Below, in pieces: positions 54,589 through 64,000 of a stretch of 64,000 nucleotides of DNA. Position numbers and translations under genes: made by a program. The first letter of the stretch is position 1. Each line of letters opens with the position of its first letter. The notes beneath the pieces are model-generated. The model had not been told where the DNA came from. It saw nothing but the letters and a program-made list of their open reading frames with translations, and did not search any database. The stretch is from Phormidesmis sp. (GTDB lineage: Bacteria > Cyanobacteriota > Cyanobacteriia > Leptolyngbyales > Leptolyngbyaceae). Location of the stretch: NCBI GenBank assembly GCA_965248535.1, contig CBDFJR010000005.1:992001-1056000 (forward strand), written 5' to 3'.

Positions 54589-55185
54589 ATGGCTAAGTCT
54601 TGCAAGATCGCGATCGTCGGCACCAGCGGCTCCGGCAAAACGACGTTGGCGCGTCAAGCGGCCCAACGGTTGGCGATTCCTCATATAGAACTAGATGCTC
54701 TGCACTGGGAGCCAAATTGGACTGAAGCCCCGATCGAGGTTTTTCAGGCACGAGTTGCAGAAGCTTTGCAGGGTGAATCTTGGGTGGTGGATGGCAACTA
54801 CAGCAAGATTCGCCCGCTAGTTTGGAGCCGCGCTGACACGATCGTCTGGCTCGATTATTCGTTTTTAATCGTGATCAGTCAAATCATCAACCGCACTATC
54901 CGGCGGGTTGTGATGCAAGAAGCCTGCTGCAACGGCAACTACGAAACGATTCAGAAATCGTTTTTGAGCCGTGATTCAGTAATCGTTTGGGCAGTGCAAA
55001 CTTATCAAAAAAATCGCAGACAGTATCAATCTCTGTTTCAACAACCAGAGTTCTCGCATCTCAAAAAAGTGAGATTGACTTCTCCCCAAATGGCGCAATG
55101 TTGGCTAGAAGAGATTTCTCAGTCAGGGACTATCATCAACACTGAGCGCACTGATGAACGGTTAAATAAGCCAGAATCTGTGTAA
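54589..55185 (+). CDS. Adenylate kinase-like P-loop protein
   Basis: GTSGSGKT, ELDALHW, WVVDGNY. Confidence 0.85.
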   Translation: MAKSCKIAIVGTSGSGKTTLARQAAQRLAIPHIELDALHWEPNWTEAPIEVFQARVAEALQGESWVVDGNYSKIRPLVWSRADTIVWLDYSFLIVISQIINRTIRRVVMQEACCNGNYETIQKSFLSRDSVIVWAVQTYQKNRRQYQSLFQQPEFSHLKKVRLTSPQMAQCWLEEISQSGTIINTERTDERLNKPESV

Positions 55186-55206
55186 GGGCATGGCACTGCC
55201 GTGCCC
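55182..55206 (+). repeat. REP-like palindrome, copy A
   Basis: GTAAGGGCATGGCACTGCCGTGCCC; related inverted copy at 62058-62082. Confidence 0.65.
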
Positions 55207-55622
55207 ATTGCCCCTGCCAGTAACGGATATGATTTGATCCACGTTTATGAGGAACAGAAATTAAACAACATTTGCCTGTTTAGAGATGTGCCAAACTTTA
55301 AGAGCATCTGTTACTGTCAGTCTAAAACCCCATCAGTCAAAAACCTTATAATAAAATCTGTCTGAAGAGTGAGGAAATTGCCTCTCTCAAGATAGAGCGA
55401 TCGCGCCTGCTAAACAAGATAAATTAATCCTGTGAAGAAAACAAATTATGTTCAATCTTCTGCATCTCTGAGCCGCCTTTCTTCACACCCCACGTAAGTT
55501 ATTTACTGGGCTATACAAAACCCTTTATTAGAAGAGTTTCGGCTTTTCTGCTAACACTATATATATCAAACAACATGGCAGAGGGTCGCTTCTGTCATGT
55601 TGTTTTTTAAAGGCGAACGTGA

Positions 55623-56255
55623 TTATAAAACTGGCTTTTGAGCTTGGATCACCTGAAGACTGCCGCCTGCATAAAGGGTACGATCGCTGACCTGAAATCC
55701 AATTTCTGTGAGCAGAGTCACCAAATCAGTTTTGATTAACTGCCACGCCGTTTCTGTCTCAAACAACCAAAAGAAAACCGCCAGTCCGGGGACAAAAATC
55801 GGATTACTGGGGGCATGAAAGTCCACCATTGCGAAATACCCACCAGGCTTCAAAACTCGATAGACTTCGTGCAAAATCTGATGTAATTGGTCGGCATGCA
55901 TTTCGTGCATCGCAGCACTGGTGTGGACTAAATCAAACTCATTGGCTGCAAGCGGAATTTTCTCAGCAAATGCTTCGATGTAATTTGCTTGGGGCACGTT
56001 TTTTTTCGCCCGTTTGATCGAGAGCGGCGAGGCATCAAGTCCAATAACGCGAGAAGATTTCTTGACTAAAAATTGAGTCGTTTGTCCACTTCCGCAGCAC
56101 AAGTCTAGGATTTTAGAGTCTGGCGCGATCGGCAACCCCTCCAATGCCAACTGCCGAAACCGCACTTCTCCACCCACCGCCAGCGCCGCTAGACGCGAGA
56201 TGCCATCATAAAGCCACTGATATTGATAGCTAAGATCTCGAAGAATGGTTGCCAT
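55623..56255 (-). CDS. Class I SAM-dependent methyltransferase
   Basis: ILDLCCGSG, RVLKPGG. Confidence 0.9.
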   Translation of the reverse strand: MATILRDLSYQYQWLYDGISRLAALAVGGEVRFRQLALEGLPIAPDSKILDLCCGSGQTTQFLVKKSSRVIGLDASPLSIKRAKKNVPQANYIEAFAEKIPLAANEFDLVHTSAAMHEMHADQLHQILHEVYRVLKPGGYFAMVDFHAPSNPIFVPGLAVFFWLFETETAWQLIKTDLVTLLTEIGFQVSDRTLYAGGSLQVIQAQKPVL

Positions 56256-56265
56256 TGTCTTAAAT

Positions 56266-57444
56266 CTATCCTTTATTTCTTCGACTCAGAGCCGCTTCTA
56301 CGGCCTGCTGCTGGTCGCGACGACTCAGCCACTGATGATAGGTGCGCGTGTGGACTGCCACCGAGTGTCCCATCATTCTCGCCGCAACTGTGTCTGATAG
56401 CCCAAAGTGAATAGTTCTCACGGCCCACGCATGACGCAGATCATAGGGCGAAAACGGTACCTCATAGCGACGAAACTGAGCCGTCACCCGCTGCCCCACG
56501 GTTTGCAGGGTGGTTTTGGTGAGATCAGTCTCGATCGTCGGCAAACAGACTTTTTTTAACTCAAATTCTTCGATCCACTCTGGGTAAAACGCCCACACCT
56601 CATGGCTTCCGGTCTTGGTCGTCGGCAACACCTGAATCATTGTTTCTTCTCGACTCAACCCCGAATAGTCGCAAAAAAAGACTTCATGATTTCTCAACCC
56701 ATAGGTTGCCATTATTCCGTAGACAAACCGCCAAGTCGGATTGGGAATCGTCTGCCAGACCGCGATAATTTCTTCGTCAGTGGGGAGTTGCCGAGCTTTG
56801 GTTTGACTAGTGCCATAACCACCCCAAAATATCTTTAAGTCAGTGGGAAGGTTGAGATTGAGAAATTTCGCCAACGCACTCAATGCGGTGCAGCAGACCT
56901 GACGACTGCGAGAATTTATTTCTGTCGAGTGAACGGTTTGGTAAATCGCCTCCACGATCGTCAAATTGGGACAAGAATCGGCGATCGCCGCTAACTTTTT
57001 CATATAAGGAGCATAGGCCGAGTTCCAAGTGGTCTTGGCTGACGCAGGCTTGCCTTGACGATCGGGCTGGGCCAAAAAATCTTGCTCAAAGGCCTGAATC
57101 TGCTCTAAAAGATTCATCTGACTCAGACGCTTGCCGCCAAACGTGAGATAGTTTTGCCAATCAAAGCTGTTTTGAATCAAGTGAGCCGCAAGGATTTTTG
57201 CCTCTTGTTCAGCCTGCTTAAGCCCGGCGTTGGTCGCAGGCAACCCCAAACTGAGCCGCTGTTGATAGGGGCGCAGCCGCACACTATCGGGGCGAGGCGG
57301 CAACGTTGCGCGCAAATTTAACTTGATGCCCCGTCGCTCAATTTGCACACCCATTTGAGCAATCTTTAGGCGCTGATTGAGTTGAGAAATGCGCCCGTCG
57401 ATCGCGTCGCAGGCTTTTGCAGAAATGATGTCTATCTCCGCCAT
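56266..57444 (-). CDS. Tyrosine recombinase/integrase (XisA/XisC-like family)
   Basis: YGLRNHE, TKTG, PYDLRHAWA, MMGHS..VH...Y. Confidence 0.88.
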   Translation of the reverse strand: MAEIDIISAKACDAIDGRISQLNQRLKIAQMGVQIERRGIKLNLRATLPPRPDSVRLRPYQQRLSLGLPATNAGLKQAEQEAKILAAHLIQNSFDWQNYLTFGGKRLSQMNLLEQIQAFEQDFLAQPDRQGKPASAKTTWNSAYAPYMKKLAAIADSCPNLTIVEAIYQTVHSTEINSRSRQVCCTALSALAKFLNLNLPTDLKIFWGGYGTSQTKARQLPTDEEIIAVWQTIPNPTWRFVYGIMATYGLRNHEVFFCDYSGLSREETMIQVLPTTKTGSHEVWAFYPEWIEEFELKKVCLPTIETDLTKTTLQTVGQRVTAQFRRYEVPFSPYDLRHAWAVRTIHFGLSDTVAARMMGHSVAVHTRTYHQWLSRRDQQQAVEAALSRRNKG

Positions 57445-57651
57445 GATCTACTAATCTAAATACAAGACCTACTTTAGAGGCTGACGGCTCATCTGATCGA
57501 GTCAAATGTCAACAGTGCTAAACTTTTGTGTCGAACCTTTCAAGAATCACTGGGTTTGCAGCGCAGATTCAGAGACTTTCTTCAGACTCCTGAAGATTTT
57601 ATTGTTAATATCAGTAACAAAGCTGAGAACTCTAAGGAACTTTTAGTAGTC

Positions 57652-58815
57652 ATGGGTCGAGTAGGCGTTTTATTACTTAACTTGGGCGGGCCCGATCGAT
57701 TAGAAGATGTCCGCCCCTTTCTCTATAATTTATTTTCTGACCCAGAAATTATCCGCCTCCCGTTTCCTTGGCTGCAAAGTCCTTTGGCATGGCTGATTTC
57801 GACCTCACGGGCCAAAAAGTCCCAGGCCAACTATCAGCAAATTGGCGGAGGTTCTCCGCTGCGACGCATCACCGAAGAACAGGCCCAAGCCCTGCAACAA
57901 GACCTGCGCCAACATGGGCAAGACACCAATGTCTATATTGGGATGCGCTACTGGCACCCTTTCACCGAGGAAGCGGTTGCCCAGATCAAACGCGATGGAG
58001 TCGATCGCTTAGTCGTCTTGCCGCTCTATCCTCACTTCTCGATTAGCACCAGTGGTTCCAGCTTCCGCTTGCTCGAAGACCTGTGGGCAAAAGATCCGGC
58101 GTTGCAGCAGATCAGCTACACCGTGATTCCGTCTTGGTATGACAGTCCGGGCTATTTAGAGGCGATGGCTGATTTGATTGCCCAACAGATCGACCAGTTG
58201 CCCAACCCCGATCAGGCTCACGTTTTCTTTAGCGCCCACGGCGTTCCGGTGAGCTATGTAGAAGAAGTGGGTGACCCCTACCAGCGAGAGATTGAAGAAT
58301 GTGCGCGGCTGATCATGCAGCGACTCAACCGACCCAACGCCTACACCCTGGCCTATCAGAGTCGCGTCGGGCCGGTCGAGTGGCTCAAGCCCTACACCGA
58401 AGATGCCATCAAAGAATTGGCGGCGAAAGGGGTCGAGGATCTAGTCGTCGTGCCTTTGAGCTTTGTTTCAGAACACATTGAGACGCTGCAAGAGATTGAT
58501 ATGGAATATCGGGAAGTCGCTGAAGAAGCTGGAATTGAGCGATTTAGCCGAGTTCCTGCTCTCAATATTCATCCGGTGTTTATTCACGATTTGGCGACTC
58601 TGGTGGTGAATGCGCTCAATGCTCCAGAAGTCAAATTTGCAGACGTGGTGCATCCCGGCAAAAACGTCAAGATGTATCCGCAAGAAAGCTGGCAGTGGGG
58701 TCTCACTACGTCTGCCGAGGTGTGGAATGGTCGAGTGGCCATGATTGGCTTGATTGCTCTGATTATTGAGATGTTAATGGGTCGCGGCCCTTTACACGCC
58801 TTTGGCATTTTATAA
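57652..58815 (+). CDS. hemH: Ferrochelatase with C-terminal CAB domain
   Basis: [39 protein letters not shown] tail. Confidence 0.98.
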   Translation: MGRVGVLLLNLGGPDRLEDVRPFLYNLFSDPEIIRLPFPWLQSPLAWLISTSRAKKSQANYQQIGGGSPLRRITEEQAQALQQDLRQHGQDTNVYIGMRYWHPFTEEAVAQIKRDGVDRLVVLPLYPHFSISTSGSSFRLLEDLWAKDPALQQISYTVIPSWYDSPGYLEAMADLIAQQIDQLPNPDQAHVFFSAHGVPVSYVEEVGDPYQREIEECARLIMQRLNRPNAYTLAYQSRVGPVEWLKPYTEDAIKELAAKGVEDLVVVPLSFVSEHIETLQEIDMEYREVAEEAGIERFSRVPALNIHPVFIHDLATLVVNALNAPEVKFADVVHPGKNVKMYPQESWQWGLTTSAEVWNGRVAMIGLIALIIEMLMGRGPLHAFGIL

Positions 58816-58842
58816 AGATCGCTCAATTTAATCAATTTCCTG

Positions 58843-58870
58843 ATGGGGATTCTGGATGCAGAGTCCCCAT
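58843..58870. terminator. Terminator between convergent hemH and DUF4126 genes
   Basis: ATGGGGATTCTG-GATG-CAGAGTCCCCAT. Confidence 0.65.
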
Positions 58871-58875
58871 TTGTT

Positions 58876-59493
58876 TTAGTCACGATCGGGCATCTGACGA
58901 GATTTTGCACTCAGCCAATGGCGCTGGACTGGCTTGTCCGATCGCCGGGTCTGCTTTTGCCAGCGCTGCCACGCCTGCGAACTGCGAATCGCTAACCACA
59001 ACAGCAGCAATGCAATGATTCCGCCTTCTCTAGGCGCATCAAACGCAAAGACCACCAGACAGACACACAGCGCATCTTGAGCAAAAATCAGCCACAGGGG
59101 TAAGCCCTGCAAGCGATAAAACCAGCCCACCTGCACGAGTTTGAGCACCAGCGCCAGCAGCCCACCCACGCCTCCTAACAGCCCGACTTGCCAGACGGGG
59201 GCATGGGTTGCCTGAGCGATCGCGATGCCCATCAAGGCTCCCACTAGGGGACTCAGCAACAGTTGCACCACTTGCAGCACTCGCTGCCCCAGACGGTTTT
59301 TTGAGGCAAACACTTCGATCAGTGACCAACTCACCAAAACGCCCATCACGATCGGAGACGACACCTGATTCAACAGGGGAACGTGAGTCCACGCAGTCGT
59401 CCCAGAGAGCAGCCCAATCACTAATAGAGGAAGCGCAATTCTCATGCCTGCGGCTGCCGAAGCCGAAAGCACGGCTAGAAGAAGTTCTAACAT
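58876..59493 (-). CDS. DUF4126 family membrane protein
   Basis: SAAAGMRIALPLL, multi-pass hydrophobic. Confidence 0.75.
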   Translation of the reverse strand: MLELLLAVLSASAAAGMRIALPLLVIGLLSGTTAWTHVPLLNQVSSPIVMGVLVSWSLIEVFASKNRLGQRVLQVVQLLLSPLVGALMGIAIAQATHAPVWQVGLLGGVGGLLALVLKLVQVGWFYRLQGLPLWLIFAQDALCVCLVVFAFDAPREGGIIALLLLWLAIRSSQAWQRWQKQTRRSDKPVQRHWLSAKSRQMPDRD

Positions 59494-59662
59494 GGCGACT
59501 CAAGGGGGCGGCTGTTGAGCAAGAGGGGATCGTAAACTTCTAAAACGACATCCAAAATAAGGGCACCTTGAGGAGGAAGATGAGGAAATTGGGGCAAGGC
59601 GAATCTGCTGGAAGGAGGCTCGTCATTATTTGCACAAGCTTTTCAAGACAAGGGCAAAACAC

Positions 59663-60955
59663 ATGACTATGGTTGATTCTCTCTTATCTGATGCGGCTCA
59701 ACCGCTAGAAAAAGCACTAAAGCACACCTCAATCTCAGAAGATGCGATCGAGTCGCTCAAGTTTCCTAAGGCAAGTTTGACGGTTTCGATTCCAGTGCGG
59801 ATGGATGATGGCTCGCTGAGGGTGTTTCAAGGCTATCGAGTCCGTTATGACGACACTCGCGGGCCGGGGAAGGGGGGCGTGCGCTATCATCCCAACGTTT
59901 CGCTAGACGAAGTGCAATCGCTAGCGTTTTGGATGACGTTTAAGTGTGCGGCGCTGAGTTTGCCCTTTGGGGGTGCAAAAGGCGGCATCACGGTCAACCC
60001 AAAAACGCTGTCTCGCTTGGAGCTAGAGCGGCTGAGTCGCGGCTATATCGACGCGATCGCTGACTTTATCGGCCCTGATGTTGATATTTTAGCGCCTGAT
60101 GTCTACACCAACTCGATGATCATGGGCTGGATGATGGATCAATACAGCACGATCAAGCGCCAGATTAGCCCCGGTGTGGTGACGGGGAAGCCGATTTCGA
60201 TGGGCGGCAGTTTGGGGCGAGATGCGGCAACGGCAATGGGCGCGTTTTTTGCGATCGGGGCGATTTTGCCAAAGTTCGATCGCGATCCTCAATCCACGAC
60301 TGTTGCGGTGCAGGGGTTTGGAAATGCTGGGGCAACCCTAGCGGAATTGTTGTCTCGATCGGGCTATAAAGTCGTCGCGGTGAGTGACTCCCAGGGCGGA
60401 ATCTATTCTAAAAATGGGCTAGATATTCCCAGCATTCGGCAGGTCAAAGATGCGACGCGAAGCATCAAAGCAGTTTATTGCGATAGCAGCGTGTGCAGCA
60501 TTGCCGACCATGACGTGATCACGAATGCAGAATTATTAACGCTAGATGTCGATCTGCTAATTCCGGCGGCGATGGAAAAGCAGATCACTGAAGCGAATGC
60601 TAAAGACATCAACGCAAAGCTAATTTTTGAAGTGGCGAATGGGCCGATTACGTCAACGGCTGATCAGATTTTAGAGCAACGCGGAATTTATGTCTTTCCA
60701 GACATTTTGATCAATGCTGGCGGAGTCACGGTGAGTTATTTTGAATGGGTGCAAAACCGCAGCGGACTGTATTGGTCACTCAGCGAAGTCAACCAACGTC
60801 TTCAGCACAAAATGATTGAAGAAACTGAGCAAGTGTGGGCGATCGCGCAAAATCTTGCGGTTTCTATGCGAACGGCGGCTTATATCCATGCGCTCAATCG
60901 ATTGGGAGACGCGATCGATGCCAAAGGCACCCGCGCCTACTACAATCACGTCTAA
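59663..60955 (+). CDS. gdhA: Glu/Leu/Phe/Val dehydrogenase (glutamate dehydrogenase)
   Basis: GPGKGGVRYHP, GGAKGG, APDV, QGFGNAG, NAGGVTVSYFEW. Confidence 0.93.
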   Translation: MTMVDSLLSDAAQPLEKALKHTSISEDAIESLKFPKASLTVSIPVRMDDGSLRVFQGYRVRYDDTRGPGKGGVRYHPNVSLDEVQSLAFWMTFKCAALSLPFGGAKGGITVNPKTLSRLELERLSRGYIDAIADFIGPDVDILAPDVYTNSMIMGWMMDQYSTIKRQISPGVVTGKPISMGGSLGRDAATAMGAFFAIGAILPKFDRDPQSTTVAVQGFGNAGATLAELLSRSGYKVVAVSDSQGGIYSKNGLDIPSIRQVKDATRSIKAVYCDSSVCSIADHDVITNAELLTLDVDLLIPAAMEKQITEANAKDINAKLIFEVANGPITSTADQILEQRGIYVFPDILINAGGVTVSYFEWVQNRSGLYWSLSEVNQRLQHKMIEETEQVWAIAQNLAVSMRTAAYIHALNRLGDAIDAKGTRAYYNHV

Positions 60956-61205
60956 ATTTTGCGAAAAGCGATCGCATCTCCGACAATGCGATTTGCATTG
61001 ATGCCAAAGGCACCCGCGCCCACTACAATCGCATCTAAATTTTGCGAAATGCGATTTGCATCCCCGACAATGCGATTTGCATTCCCGACAATGCGATTCG
61101 CACCCCTGACAAGACGATTTGCATTGATGACAAAGGCACCCGCGCTTACCACAATCGCGTCTAAATTTTGCGAAAGGCGATCGCATCCCCGACAATGAGA
61201 TTTGC
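60917..61205 (+). repeat. Nested tandem repeat of the gdhA 3' end
   Basis: Units start at 60917, 61000 and 61126; internal ~21-nt subunit TCCCCGACAATGCGATTTGCA. Confidence 0.9.
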
Positions 61206-61243
61206 TCTCTGATCCATCTACATTACTGAGAACCCAAAATTCT

Positions 61244-62017
61244 ATGGACGTGATTCCTGCGATCGACCTGCTCAACGGCAAATGTGTGCGCCTCTATCAG
61301 GGCGATTATGATCAAGCCGAAGTCTTTAACGAAGATCCTGTGGCGATGGCTCAACAGTGGGCAGATCAGGGCGCAACTCGGCTGCATCTCGTCGATTTAG
61401 ATGGAGCCAAAGCCGGATATCCCGTCAATTTGGCGGCAATCTCGGCGATCGTGCAGGCTCTTAAAATCCCAATTCAGGTGGGGGGCGGTTTGCGCGATCG
61501 TCAAAGTGTGGCTGATTTGCTATCAACGGGCGTTCACAGCGCCATCTTAGGAACTGTTGCGGTCGAAAATCCTGAGTTAGTCGCAGAACTTTGCGCCGAG
61601 TTTCCCAGACAAATCATCGTCGGCATCGATGCTCGAAAGGGGCGGGTCGCCACCAAAGGCTGGCTCGAAACCTCAGACGTGCTCGCGACTGAATTAGCCG
61701 ATCGCATGGCTCAATTAGGAGCAGCCGCCATTATTTACACCGATATTCATCGAGATGGCACGATGCAAGGCCCTAATCTAGAGGCGTTGCGAGAGTTAGC
61801 CGCCGTTGTCTCGATTCCGGTGATCGCATCGGGGGGCGTGAGTTCGGTCACAGATTTATTGAGCCTGTTGGCGCTTGAACCGCAGGGAGTAACGGGCGCG
61901 ATCGTCGGTCGTGCTCTCTATACCGGAGATGTGTCGCTGAGAGAAGCCGTTCTTGCCGTGGGTCAAGGTCGCTGGCAAGATGTTCCGCCTGATTTAGGTT
62001 CCTCTGCGTTTGCTTAA
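61244..62017 (+). CDS. hisA: ProFAR isomerase
   Basis: [37 protein letters not shown]. Confidence 0.96.
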   Translation: MDVIPAIDLLNGKCVRLYQGDYDQAEVFNEDPVAMAQQWADQGATRLHLVDLDGAKAGYPVNLAAISAIVQALKIPIQVGGGLRDRQSVADLLSTGVHSAILGTVAVENPELVAELCAEFPRQIIVGIDARKGRVATKGWLETSDVLATELADRMAQLGAAAIIYTDIHRDGTMQGPNLEALRELAAVVSIPVIASGGVSSVTDLLSLLALEPQGVTGAIVGRALYTGDVSLREAVLAVGQGRWQDVPPDLGSSAFA

Positions 62018-62057
62018 GAGCGGGAGTTGAATGATCTTGGCTGTTGGCAGAGACAAG

Positions 62058-62082
62058 GGACACGGCAATGCCATGTCCGTAC
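62058..62082 (-). repeat. REP-like palindrome, copy B
   Basis: Reverse complement GTACGGACATGGCATTGCCGTGTCC. Confidence 0.6.
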
Positions 62083-62234
62083 ATCCATTCTGGCGAATGG
62101 GGATTTAGATCGAGATTGCGCTCTAATTTTGACTCCTTCTCTCGTATTTTTTCAGTAGTTTCTGACCGATTTCTAAAAACCAACGGAAAATAGAAAAGTA
62201 GCAACTCTCATTTTTTGTCATTAATAGAAACCTC

Positions 62235-62963
62235 ATGAGTAACACTAGTAACTTCCGGCAAGCAATTCGGGATGCAAAAAGTCAGTCGATTGTTGGCTCT
62301 AATGTCATTGCCAACGCGCTGCCCCTGCTAGGTGGCGGGCTTGTGCTGACCGCCGTCGGCACCTTTGGCGGCTTGCAGGTGATTGCAAACAATCCCCAAA
62401 TCTTTATGCCCACCTTTATTGGGGCGGTGATTTTAGAACTGATTCTTTTCTTCGTCGCCTCTAATGTCGCTCAAAAAGGCAACAACGGCATTGCGCTGCC
62501 TCTGCTGGCAACCTATAGCCTACTGTCGGGCTACACCCTGAGCGGCATTGTGTATTTGGCGCTGCAAACTCAAGGCGTTGGCATCAATGGCGTGGGGTTT
62601 GCAGCCCTCGGCTGTGGCGTGACGTTTATCGCAGCCCGATCGATTGGCTCTAATCTCTCTGAGCAAAACGGCATGGCGTTAACCAAAACCGTGCAGCTTG
62701 GAATGATTGCGCTGTTTGTGGTGTTGATCGGTCAGCTATTGCTGCGAGTGTTTGGACTCTATACGCCCAGCTTTTTAGAAGTGGCCATTTCTGGCATTGG
62801 TGTATTGCTATTTGTGGGGGCTGCTGTCGTTGACTTCTTTGTGCTGCCTCGCACTTATCGCGATGATCAATACATTCCCGCCGCCTTGTCGATGTATTTG
62901 ACCTACATCAATCTGTTTGTGTTCATCTTGAGATTTCTAATCGCGATTAACAGCCGTGACTAG
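62235..62963 (+). CDS. Bax inhibitor-1/YccA family membrane protein
   Basis: Seven TM segments, AALSMYLTYINLF. Confidence 0.88.
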   Translation: MSNTSNFRQAIRDAKSQSIVGSNVIANALPLLGGGLVLTAVGTFGGLQVIANNPQIFMPTFIGAVILELILFFVASNVAQKGNNGIALPLLATYSLLSGYTLSGIVYLALQTQGVGINGVGFAALGCGVTFIAARSIGSNLSEQNGMALTKTVQLGMIALFVVLIGQLLLRVFGLYTPSFLEVAISGIGVLLFVGAAVVDFFVLPRTYRDDQYIPAALSMYLTYINLFVFILRFLIAINSRD

Positions 62964-63111
62964 TACCGATTCTCAAATGATTAAATCTTGATTCAGGGAG
63001 ACGTAAATCATGCGTCTCCTTTTTTATTGAGGAAAAACTCTAGATAATCGTTGATCAAATTGTAGCGGGCCGTCCCTTAGAATAGTCCTTTAGTTCGGTT
63101 TTGCTAAGGGT

Positions 63112-64000
63112 ATGCAGATTCAGATTCAGACCTTCACGGTGCACAAACGGTTTGCCCTCACGATCAGTCGCGGCACCACCGCCCAAACGACCAACATCTG
63201 GGTCAGAATCGAGCACAATGGCATCGAAGGCTGGGGCGAAGCTGCGCCGTTTTCAATCGGAGAACAGTCCCAGACGACGGAGATGATCGCCCGCTCTCTG
63301 CAAGCGATCGCGCCTCTGCTCAAAGCCCTCAACCCCCTCGAACGGCAGCGCATCGATCGCTTAATGGCAGAGACTCGCCTGCCGTCAGCCGCCCGCGCCG
63401 CCTTAGATCTAGCCCTGCACGACTGGGTAGGCAAACACGCCAATCTACCGCTCTGGCAACTGTGGGGGTTAGAGCGCGATCGTATTGTTCCGACTTCGGT
63501 GACGATCGGCATCAGTTCGCCCGAAGCGGCCCAGCAGCGCGTGTTGGATTGGTTAGGTAAGGGCACGATCGCGGCCCCGCTCCAAGATATTCAGGCGCTA
63601 AAGGTCAAACTCGGCAACCCTGACGGCATCGCAGCCGACAAAGCCATGCTGTTAGCCGTCAAAGCCGCCGCGCCTCAAATCTCGCAGATCAGCATCGATG
63701 CCAACGGCGGATGGAGCATCGACACAGCCCTAAAAATGTCGTTTTGGCTAGCCGATCAGGGCATCACCTATATCGAGCAACCGTTACCCAAAGGTCAAGA
63801 AGCCGACCTCGCAAAGCTTTACTACCAGTCTCCTTTGCCCATTTTTGTTGACGAAAGCTGTTGGACGAGTCGAGATATTCCCTTGTTGGTCGATCGGGTG
63901 CACGGCATCAATATCAAATTGCTCAAATCCGGCGGCTTATCAGAAGCGCTGAGAATGATTCACACGGCCAGAGCCTTTGGACTCCAGGTGATGTTTGGCT
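63112..64000 (+). CDS. Dipeptide (L-Ala-D/L-Glu) epimerase, enolase superfamily; runs off the window end (not in ORF track)
   Basis: Hand translation MQIQIQTFTVHKRFALTISRG...GWGEAAP...KVKLG...DANGGW...IEQP...VDES...INIKL. Confidence 0.9.
   Translation, partial: MQIQIQTFTVHKRFALTISRGTTAQTTNIWVRIEHNGIEGWGEAAPFSIGEQSQTTEMIARSLQAIAPLLKALNPLERQRIDRLMAETRLPSAARAALDLALHDWVGKHANLPLWQLWGLERDRIVPTSVTIGISSPEAAQQRVLDWLGKGTIAAPLQDIQALKVKLGNPDGIAADKAMLLAVKAAAPQISQISIDANGGWSIDTALKMSFWLADQGITYIEQPLPKGQEADLAKLYYQSPLPIFVDESCWTSRDIPLLVDRVHGINIKLLKSGGLSEALRMIHTARAFGLQVMFG

Noticed and set aside
60776..61281. Cys-rich or repetitive ORFs, and a possible CRISPR array
   Set aside because: The ORFs are translations of the tandem repeat. 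The units lack unique spacers, derive from gdhA, and no cas genes are present.

Overview
Chromosomal window from a cyanobacterium, indicated by dense HIP1 GCGATCGC sites and petC/petA, psbK, rpaA, hli and hemH with a CAB tail. It is mostly housekeeping genes (secA, hemE, guaD, cynS, tgt, cobS, queC, sigA, fni, pyrR, xth, pgl, gatB, argJ, hemH, hisA) plus three accessory patches. (1) 6.8-8.4 kb: an AT-rich, HIP1-free three-gene operon encoding a stand-alone colicin E3-like RNase, a small acidic protein and an ImmA/IrrE metallopeptidase. This is the best candidate for an undescribed protease-triggered toxin or defence system. (2) 40.7-44.35 kb: a toxin-antitoxin/Uma2 cluster punctuated by a dispersed HIP1-rich ~60 bp repeat. 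One Uma2 gene is split by a scrambled IS200/IS605 tnpB element carrying an RHH gene in place of tnpA. (3) 45.9-47.4 kb: an intact tnpB element with a highly structured ~250 nt leader, whose right end supplies the stop codon of the neighbouring gene. Also seen: psbK and a final epimerase CDS missed by the ORF track, a candidate ~52 nt sRNA between gatB and argJ, a frameshifted carotenoid oxygenase, an NtcA box before cynS-guaD, and a nested tandem triplication of the gdhA 3' end. All product calls come from motif recognition by eye; no database search was run.
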